Of a DNA stretch of 64,000 bases, positions 1 through 9,771 are shown one piece after another. Where the stretch lies: NCBI GenBank assembly GCA_010093815.1, contig ML996568.1; one strand, 5' to 3'. The translations under genes and the position numbers were made by a program. The notes below the pieces were generated by a model. The model was not told the DNA's origin and made no database searches. It worked only from the letters and a program-made list of their open reading frames with translations. Position 1 is the stretch's first letter. Each line of letters begins with the position of its first letter. Origin of the DNA: Pseudovirgaria hyperparasitica. Its lineage: Eukaryota.

Positions 1-90
1 CACCCTATATCCCGAATTTCGCTAGATGGCGATGCCCTCTAAAGTGTAGAATTTCCAAAACTTTTGTTTATAATATCAGCTGGACACCGT

Positions 91-319
91 CTAACCCTGG
101 AACGTGTCTCCTAAAGTATTAATGCTCATGGCCATTCCGCGGCCCAAATAGCCATCTGCGTGTGCCTCGAGCCCTTCCATAGGCATCATACTGAGAGGTG
201 ATGCCTGGTTGCTCATCATGTGTTGCTGGTGGTGCTGCGCCAAGCTGTGGTGGCTACTTCGGCGTGATAAGGAACCTGCATCCCAGAATACTTGCTGATG
301 GTGATTGTGATTTTGGTTC

Positions 320-372
<53 letters not shown>

Positions 373-2089
373 TTGATTATGATGGTGATGATGTTGGCTG
401 TGATGGCCCTGAGACTGGTGACTATGTGCCTGGTGGTGGTTCTGCGGGGGATTGTTTTGCGTCAAGTTTGACATATCCTCAACGTCGACATCACCTTCCG
501 CATCCTCGTCATCCCCCTCACCGTCAAAGTCGTTGTTCGCATCGTCATCCATCACGCTGTCTGACGTTGCCGTGGTAGATATCGAGGGGATGATGGATCG
601 TGATGAGGTTTTGGACAAGCTAGTGGAAGAGTTGCTCGTAGATACTGGTCCTGTGGTTGGGCTCACCTGCACCGATGAGTTATTGGTGGATCTACCTTTA
701 GGTATCCTTACAGGCCCGAGCTGTGGGACAGATGATGTTGATAAGGATCGTTGCGCTTGCATTCCATTCGACTTGCTCCGGTTCTCACGGACCACATACC
801 GCCACTTTTCGAGTAGTCGATCGTAGTCCAAGCTCATTGAGTCAACATGCTGTCCATATTGTTTCCTCAGTTCCTTGGCCATGTTTGCGGAAATGCGTGG
901 CATGGCCGGATTTGCCTTGTCCGCGGTTGTAGGCGGGCAATTCCTCTTCAACTCGTCTATTTCCTGCTGTGCAACCTCCAATTTCGTTTGCAGGTCTCTC
1001 TGGGACTCTTGAGCGCGAGCAGAGAACCTTAACAGCTCCAACTGCCAAGCTTCCTGCTTCTGTTTCTCGGTCAATTTCTTCCAATGTGTCCAGGCAGCAG
1101 TCAAATGCGTTTTGACTTTCTGACACTCTACATCAAGGATTGGAGGTGTGGTCAGGGGTGAAGCAGACGCCGGGGTGTTTGGTGCAGTTTGCGTTGATTG
1201 TCCCAGTAAATGCTGACGTTGATAGCTGACTATGCGGTCGCGTGCTAGCTTTTGTAGAGTCTCGTGGTGCCTTTGCCCAGGTGGTTGTACGGACCAAGTG
1301 TCGTCTGCAGTAAAAGGTGTGCTGGAGAAGAGGGTCGGAGGAGTTTTCAACATATGTAGACACAGACCAGGGAAGTTGAGCGAACAGAAGTCGAATTCGA
1401 AGAGGCTAAAATTTCCACTTCGCATGCTAAAACCTTCAGTCAGTATTGAGCTTGCAGAACTTGGGTGATTGGTCATACCTTGCGTCACGGACATTCTGCA
1501 GCAGCTCTTTCAGAGCAAGCTCTGCCGCTTTGCCATTCTCCCATTCCTCGGAGAGCTTTTGTCGCTGCTCGAATTCCGTCTTTTGCTGGACGTGTCTTGA
1601 AACCTCTCGACGTCTTTCGGGCACAGTATTGATAGTGGGACGCGGGGCAAGATTGTTGATCAAGCCAGTGGCTTGCCAATTCAGCTCATTGAATCTGGTA
1701 CGGACCTTCTCATTCGGACCAAGGGTATGGGACGGTGATTCGGCTGTGATGGGCGAACCCTCGTCTCTGGCCGATTCCTGAGGTGTGGGCGCTGCTGTGG
1801 CGGGAGCCGAGTCCTCTTGCCTGGACCAGACGCCGGAAGAAGAATTCCTCACTTGCCGCCTTGTTATGCCTCCTCGTAGCTTCCGAATCTCATCTACATT
1901 ATGTATACCGTCAGGTGGCTTGGCGTTCTTGGGCTTTATGTATAGGTCAAGATGACGGCCGAGCGAGGAGGAGGTAAAGGCTTGACCGCAGTAGGGACAG
2001 TTCTTGTTCTTAGGGGCATAGTACTTTGGGCCAGACGGTTCGGTTTCAGGGCGAGGTGTCGAGGTTGTGGAGTCGCTCATGGTCGACAT
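91..2089 (-). CDS. Uncharacterised fungal protein (~648 aa) with N-terminal Cys/His zinc-finger-like motif, coiled-coil segments and C-terminal polyQ/His tract; exons 2089-1479 and 1426-91
   Basis: ORFs 1436..2386 and 91..1494 join in frame through a 52-nt intron (1478-1427: GTATGA...CTGAC...TTTTAG), giving ...VRDA-S-MRSG.... Motif CPYCGQAFTSSSLGRHLDLYI. Start taken as MSTMSD at 2089. Confidence 0.8.
319..376. repeat. CAG/CAA trinucleotide repeat encoding a polyglutamine tract
   Basis: (GCT/GTT)n run on the + strand, read as a long Q run in the minus-strand ORF. Confidence 0.9.
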
Positions 2090-4661
2090 AAAACCCCCCG
2101 GGGGCCCAGCGAAGGAAGCTTCGGGTTGTAAGCAGAAGCAGAACACAAAAGCGAAACGAGCGTTGCCGCAGGAAGCAGAACAGGAACCGCTGGAAAGCGG
2201 AGCGTAAGGGAAATTAAAGCATAATAATTGTGAGAGGAAGCACCAGTGGAGAAAGAAAAGGAGAGAAGAAACAATTGCAGACGAAAGCAGAAGTAGACTC
2301 GGACGCCTGTTGAAGAGCTGCCAGGGTATACGGGACGGGGAAAAAGGGAGTGAAGCTAGGGGGTCTCGGTAGCGCGTTCCCGTCAACGACCTCGCCCAGG
2401 CTCACTACGCGGCCAATGCTGCAGCGGTCGCTAGATGTACAGTAAGTATTAGCTCCCGTTTCCTGTTTATTCATTTGCTACCTATCATTCATTCATTCAT
2501 TCATTTACAAGAGGCCATCCATTTCCCCTGTCTGGCCTTGGTTCTCGCGGCTACTCAAATGCCTTTTGACAGCCATGCCTTTTTAAGAGTCCTCAGTTCT
2601 GACAATCTGGCAGACCATTGACACCATGAGTCATTTGAATCTACCGCGACGGGAAGACCAAAATACCCGGAGGACAGTTCCGGCATAAGAGACGGTAAGT
2701 ACTTCCGGAATATGTAACTTGCTCGGACCCTCCCGTCTACAGACCGATCGAGTCTGACAAGGACATATATATGTTGCTGCTCCTCATACCACCATGAAAC
2801 CTGTCCCTGGCACTTCATATCTCTTCTTCACTTATCTGATTCAGTCTGTCAACAAGGAGTTCCAGGCTGTAGAGATACAGACCGTCCTCAACACGGTACG
2901 GAGTCTCTTGAAACCGGCTACTATCATTGTACGATGCGGTTCTAGGGAGGCAGACCTTCTGGATGCCAACACATGTCGAGCTCCCATTAGACATTCGTCG
3001 CCACGTTTTCTTCTAGGTCTCTTACCAGTTCAACGTGTAAGACGCGCATTGTGCCATGCTCGTCCTATCTCCGATCGCTTAGCTCGACTAAGCGGTGACT
3101 TAAGCACGAAGCCAAAGCAGAATGAAATGCTCGCGACTTTCCGGAACACCTTCGTGACTAGCTGACGAGTCGTCTAGGTCCTTCCACGCTTTATATGGCG
3201 TCATTGGGCCTGCAATACAATGCAATACGTCGCGTGCGATCCAGCCAGTGGTCGTGCCAGACCGGCAGTTTCAAACAAGCCGAGCAAGAGTTTAGGTGCG
3301 ATTTCAATGCTGCTGATACGTCGATAACCAGTGTAGTCATAATGCCGATGAACTCCCAGCTCCTATTGCAAAGTTCAAATCACGTTGTGCCAGCAGCTCT
3401 TGAAGTGTCCATCTACAGAAGACCTGAAGAACAAGGGGAGAAATTTTATTTTCTTTGTGACGGCCCCTCCTTCAGTCCTGCATGAAGCATGAAGCAGGGA
3501 TAATATCAGCAATAGGCTCTAACTCGTTGGTGACGCGATCAGTCAGAACGTCCGGGAGGCCCACATGTTCGAGAAAAGAGAACTTCTTACGAGTTTGACA
3601 TGGAAATCCATATGAAGGCTGATAAAGATCCTACGGGTGGGGCTTTGATAGCCATAAGATTGCTACTCACACGGCCACAAGCTGAAGCTGCACCCGCAAT
3701 TTTGCAAGCCTCATGAACCGGTATCTCGAGGCATATTTAAAGGGTAAATGATCTATCAGAGAAGACCAAAAAGATTGTGATGTTTGACTGGTCAGATAGG
3801 TCTGTCTCCAAAGCAGAGTTGCCTGGGCACACCAGCACAATACAGCAGACCAAACAAACAAGGACATTATTCGTATGCACAAGTCCTTGCTAAGAAGTGG
3901 AGAGGACGAGGGATCCCTGATATGACTACCTGGATAATTATTTAATTAATTAGTATGAATAGTCAACAGCCAAAGAAAGCAGGATGGCTGGAGAATTTGA
4001 GGACTAAAACGAATAGCGGGCTAAGGTAGCGCCCCCCCTCTCTCCCTGATAGATGACGCTTAATCCCACGACAGGGCTGGGTGACTCTCTACTAACTACA
4101 TGCTGTTCTTGAATATATTGAGAGAGAGAGTGTGTGTGTCTGTATATATATATGTGTGTGTGTAAGTGGCCAGCGATGTTAATTAATTACTCCGACGGTT
4201 TGCTTGGGAGATTGGTTTGTGACCTGTAATTATTACACAGGATCGGTAAAGATCGCTTCCCTCTCTGTCTTTTGCTTCTCTGCCTCCCGCCGCCTCTGCC
4301 CTGCCTGCCTAATACTAACACTATCACTACTACTGCTACTACTCCACACTAACCCTCTTAGCTCGTCGAAACCACCTCCTCCACCACCACTTCAACGCTC
4401 GCCCTATACACACACACGCACACACACATTCACTCTCCCACCCACGCACTCTACCTACCTACCTTGCGCTCGCCTCTGTCCGCCATTCAGCCATTCTGTG
4501 CGTGAAGCTGCCGAGAGACATGTCCAGAGTGTCTTAAAGTCTATTCCTCCATGTCGACCTTCTCATGAGCCTTATTCATTCCGCTTCCCATCGCCTCCAA
4601 GCGAAGCCTTGTCGCTTCGGCGGCCTTTGTGTGACGCCAATCCGCATCCAACACTGCCGCC

Positions 4662-7600
4662 ATGCAGGTTCGTTCACCCCTCTCGACCATATTGCACACT
4701 ACAAGATGACTCTGGCTCTGTACCGCCTCGTCCATTGCCCAATCCCCTCACCAATCAATCCTGTTACGCGCTCTCTTCTCAGCGGCGACTTCACTCCCTT
4801 TCACTTCTTGCTCGGTTCAATGCTGACAGCCTCTCTTCATCTCTCGCAGACTACCAAAACCGAACGAGCCTTAGAGCTCGACCGCCTATATCAAGCCCGC
4901 CGGGGCCATACCCCACAGATATCCATAAGCGATGAAACTCACCATATAACGGAGGCTATCGGGGACATGTACGGGCGTGAAGATGACCACTTTCGAAAGC
5001 GGGACCCTAGACCTTTGAGCTTTGTCAGTTCTCCGCAAGGCGAGAACTTCGAAAGCAATCCGAGCCGAAGCCAGATTCCTCGAACTCCATCGAACGGAGC
5101 ACCGATAAGATCCCCCCTCAGTCCGACGAACACGCGAACTGCATCGACAAATCAAGATAATGGACATCCCTCTCCTCCTTCCCTCAACCGGACCAATTCA
5201 GACACAGCCCAACAACAATTTCCCATCAATGACCTGGACTACGAGTCCAGCCCTGCGGCTGTCGCCCAGGAGCTTAGTAACCTTCAAGCAATACGGCGCA
5301 TGTCAATGGATGTCAATAAGTCTGATCCCGATCTTCCATCGTTTGGTGGTGGCATCTCGATACCTCCGATGGCCCCCTCACATGAAACCGATGAGAACGA
5401 TGCATCGACATTATACTGGGTACCTGCGTCGCTCCACCCAGAGCTTGCGCCGAAGGAGTTCAAGACCTTCATCGAAGAAAGGGTAGAGAAAATGCGAAGG
5501 CGGAACAGCGGAGGTGAGGACAGCCTATCCCCTGACGGCCTTGGACGTTCAGGATCCGGAGGAGGCCTGCGAAGAAAGAAGTCAATGTTGTCGAAACAGA
5601 TCAACAGTGGTACTGATTACAAGGATGGTGCGGATAGACTGGAACGTAAGAAATCCGGTGCGAATCAACTACCAAACGCCCTCGAGAATATTTCGGAGCT
5701 CGAGCATTTGGTCAATGATCCTTCTTCCATAGTGCAACGAACGAGCGGCGATACCTTGCGTAGATCAAATGATTCTGGGGAGCAACCTGACGATATGCCA
5801 ATTCTACCTGCAAAGTTAGGTACCCCTTTGTTGAAGCGATCCATAAGGACAAACTATCGCAGGGGTAGCTTAAGAAAGGGAGAAAGAGTTGGGACGACGC
5901 CTCGTAGACCAGGGTTCAGAGGTGCCGAAACCGATACGGAAGAGTCCCCAGTGTCGTCACCAAGTACCACACACAATCCCGACTTTCCTGGTGCACCGTT
6001 GACTAGGGTACAAACTGAACCCTTGAATCGCCGCCCTTCAGCAGCAGAGAATTTCTCACGGCCTACTAGAAAGCGTTCTCCACCAAACCAAACGCAACCG
6101 TACCAGACTCCTTCGACCGACGATAAAGAAGCTTCAGGCCGACAACAGAAATCTTTCCACTCTAGAATTGCGTCAAACGGACGTACGACTGCAAATTTGC
6201 CCGGCTACGGACCTCAGCAGAAGGTCCCCTCCATTGTAGAGACTCCGCCAGCAGACACGTCGAAAAGCGGTGTCCAGCTTCCGGCGCGATCATCTTCTCA
6301 TGAAATTCCTCCACACTTGAACTCCCAGCAACCACAGCACACACCGCCTCCAGCAGGTCCGCTACCTGCCCGCCCACCGCTCATCAAGCAAGCTTCGAAT
6401 GCAAACAGAGAACCGCCCATCAGAGACAGGCCACCGTCGAAGCCTACCAACCAGACCCTGGAAGATATCATCTCAAAACCCACCCCGCTTCCCGGGAATC
6501 TGAGTACCAGGACTGATACTCTCTCATCCATTCCGTACGATGATAAGAAGTTGGAGAAGAAACCTTCACGGGAAGGGAAGAGTGGTGAAGGAAGTGGCAA
6601 GAAATGGTGGTCTTTCGGTGGTAGCGACGACAAAGAGAAAGACAAGGAAGAAAAGGATCTATCGAAGAAGTCGTCAAAATCGAAATTCACAAAAGCCAAC
6701 ATCGACAAATCTCATGATAATACACGCCTGGACGTTCTTCAAACGTCGATTGATGGCTCTAAAGGTCGCGAGAGCCTCGTTCTGGACCGAGAAAACGTCA
6801 AGTTAGACGAAGAGCGTCGTAAAGACAGCAATCGTAAAGCGTCTGGCAATGAATCAAAGAAAGAGAAGGGGGGCTCGACGTTTCTTTCATCTCTTTTTGG
6901 CAGTACGAAGAGATCTGAGAAGGAGTCTGGCGGTAAAAGAGCGAGCTCTTCAAGGGGAATCTCACCAGAGCCTCCACTTCGAATTCTCAAGCCCGATATC
7001 GATTACAATTGGACACGTTTCTCGATCCTTGAAGAAAGGGCGATCTATCGGATGGCCCATATCAAACTTGCAAATCCTCGTCGCGAGCTTTACTCACAAG
7101 TGTTGCTCAGCAATTTCATGTATTCATACCTTGCGAAAGTCCAGCAGATGCATCCCCAGATGCAGATAGCACAGTCGCCAGCGCAACAGAAGCAGCAGCA
7201 GCAGCAGCAGCAAGCCCAGCAACAGCAAGCCCAACAACAGCAGACGCAGCCAGAGCAGGCCGACCCACAAGGGTCTCAACAACGGCGCCAGACGCAGTCA
7301 CGTCAGAGAGCAGACCAACCTGAGGAGTTCTCCCAGTATCAGCGTTATCAAGAGGTAAGTGTTTCTATCATGGGCTAGATATCCGTTCTTATGATCTCTG
7401 TAGCAGCAAGCGCGCCTTGACACGTCTCCGTCCACGCTGGACACCAGCAATCATGGGCCCCTCAGGCCGGATCCGCCTTCCCCCGCCGACGATCGTGATC
7501 AGCAACGTTCCAATTCCAGACCCTCACGTCAGCAGGAATATGACCGACATCAGAACAGCAACGGATATAGTGTTGCCAGCGGCGATCGATACATGGGCAA

Positions 7601-7685
7601 CCATGGCAGCAGTTCCCAGCAAGGATATTATCAACAAGACCTTTTTGATGATAATGACAACACTAAAGACGACGAAATGTGGTGA
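4662..7685 (+). CDS. zds1: Zds1-like protein (telomere silencing / PP2A-Cdc55 regulator, Zds_C domain), ~930 aa; exons 4662-4667, 4850-7354, 7404-7685
   Basis: C-terminal Zds_C signature DYNWTRFSILEERAIYRMAHIKLANPRRELYSQVLLSNFMYSYL and the conserved YWVPASLHPELAPKEFKTF block. Introns 4668-4849 (GTTCGT...GCTGAC...GCAG) and 7355-7403 (GTAAGT...TAG). Ends DDEMW*. Confidence 0.9.
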
Positions 7686-8744
7686 AACGACTCATTGCGT
7701 ACAACCATGCACACAACCACACCTTTTTGTTGGCTTCGCCCGCGTATCCCATGACCTCATCTTGGTTATACGATGCCCATTCGGAATGGTAGTCCTTGGT
7801 GATTTCAAGTTAAGGAGTATATCCCTCCAATGTTTTGACCCAAGGAGTTCGCAAGACTTCCGACGCAAGGGCAACCCCCAGACTCGCACGCATCCACTAG
7901 ATTCGGACATATGAATTACCTTGCCCAGGTCCTTGTCCCGGCGCACACACGTCCTAGTGACGGTCGCTAGAGAGTTCTGTATCATATCTCCAGATTCGTT
8001 GTCCATTTCTCCTCGAAGCCATGTTCATCCGCTATCATTTCTTCGATTCTGTCATGCACTCGTTATTGGTACGTTGATGGTAGCATCATTCATGATGAAA
8101 GGAGTATTTGGATTACGGCGGTGCATTACACGGTGCGAATGATTACAAATCTCGCAACATGTAGATCATTATTATTAGTGACTCAGCGACTAGTTGACAT
8201 GGCTAGTTAGTCGCGAGTGGCGGTGTTGGAGAGGGATAGAGGGGAAGTAACTATACGCTGGCTATATGCAGCGATCAATCAATTGATTAATACACACGAA
8301 CGTCGACTCGTTCACGACTGATTGAAGTCTTGGGGAATCGATATGTGGGCTAAATGTATTTGAATCAATCGACATGACGCAAACATGAATACCGACATAC
8401 AGGCAGGGTAGGTACGATGCGAACATTGATTGTCCGACAGTCCTCTTCTTGGGAACCAGGTAGAGAAGACTATCCGGAACAAACCTTGGAATAAACCGAC
8501 GACCCTACCTACATACACCAGACATTAATTCTTAACTGTCCTACCGAAAAACCCTAGCGTCCTATACTATATACCCCTATATCAAAACACCAAACACCGC
8601 CGTTCAGTCCCTCCTCACCATCAGCAACCTCCTCGAAATAACCAACCGCTATACCATTACCACCGAACCGCATACCCTGCGCAGGCCTACCTACCTATCC
8701 TATCCATCATCCTTTTCACCCCTCCAATAAACCCCGAAAAAACC

Positions 8745-9307
8745 ATGCATACCACCACTACACCACCACTACCAGACCCAGAACAAGGCATCTTCACGGA
8801 CTCGCAAAGCACACTCGGCGCAGACACGCTTGTTTCCGACCTAGCTGACGAGGTAAGCTGAGGCGAGGTGCTTGCTTGAATGAATGAACGAACGAAGACA
8901 AGCAGTGCTAAATGGAATGGACTAAGCAGCATTCCCACACCCCAGACGACACAGACTCAACCCCAAAATCCACAAATCTTCCAACATTCCCCGCCCTCCT
9001 CTCCGCCCTCCGCGCCGCACACCCCTCCTCCTCCCCAAACCACGACAAAACCACCACCACCACCACCACAACCACCCTCCTCTCCGCCCTCGAGACAGAA
9101 CGCAAAACACTAGACCATGCGCACAGCACGCACGTGGAGATTTGTACTGCGCGCATGGATGCGTACGGGAGGTTGTTGGGGTGGTATAGGGTGGAGTTGG
9201 GGCGTAGGCCGCCGTGGTGGATGGTGTGGGTTATTTGTGGGCTTGCTGGGGTGGTGGTGGGGTTTTTGGGGGTTGGGCTTGTTTTGTGGGGGGTTGGGAG
9301 GGTGTGA
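8745..9307 (+). CDS. Small hypothetical protein (~161 aa) with a single C-terminal transmembrane helix (tail-anchored-like); exons 8745-8852 and 8930-9307
   Basis: ATG in ACCATG context. Donor GTAAGC at 8853 with an in-frame acceptor AAG/CAG at 8926/8929 joining ORF 8912..9307. C-terminal hydrophobic stretch WWMVWVICGLAGVVVGFLGVGLVLWGV. No recognised domain. Confidence 0.5.
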
Positions 9308-9771
9308 GGAGGGGTGAGATGTGAGATGTGAGAGGGGGAAAGGAGTTGGGGGGGAGGAAAGTGAAGGGGGAAAGGGGGGGAGAGGAAGGGGGAGGGAGGG
9401 TGTTTGGATAGGCTGCCGTTTGGTATGTTGAATGAGTGGCTGCTTTAAGGTCTGTCTTGTATGGTATGGGGATAGGTAAATGACTACAGTGCGCATGTGA
9501 GAGATTATTAAATTTCAGTTCGGTTAGACGAGGATTCACGACTGAGTGTTGGAGATTGATTACATGCAATGGAAATCGAATTCAGTTATTTTTCTAATAC
9601 ACACACACTCACACCAGAAACGCCCTTATCATGCTTTGCTTTGCTTGGCTCTGCTTTGCGTCTCAACATTCCATTCCATTTCCATGCCGTTGCGTTTAAT
9701 ATATGACCGATATTACCCCATGTTTCCGGAATTATGCAATAGAATAAATACATTACGGATGATCACTGTTC

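Noticed and set aside
198..1468. Plus-strand ORFs overlapping the first gene
   Set aside because: Antisense shadows of low-complexity coding sequence; no motifs.
2090..2386. Hydrophobic N-terminal extension of ORF 1436..2386
   Set aside because: Non-ATG start in a pyrimidine-rich leader; more likely 5' UTR.
2555..3485. Short ORFs between the first gene and zds1 (possible gene relic)
   Set aside because: No recognisable domain or coherent splice model.
4204..4935. 243-aa ORF upstream of and overlapping zds1
   Set aside because: TTG start and low-complexity C/T/A-rich UTR sequence.
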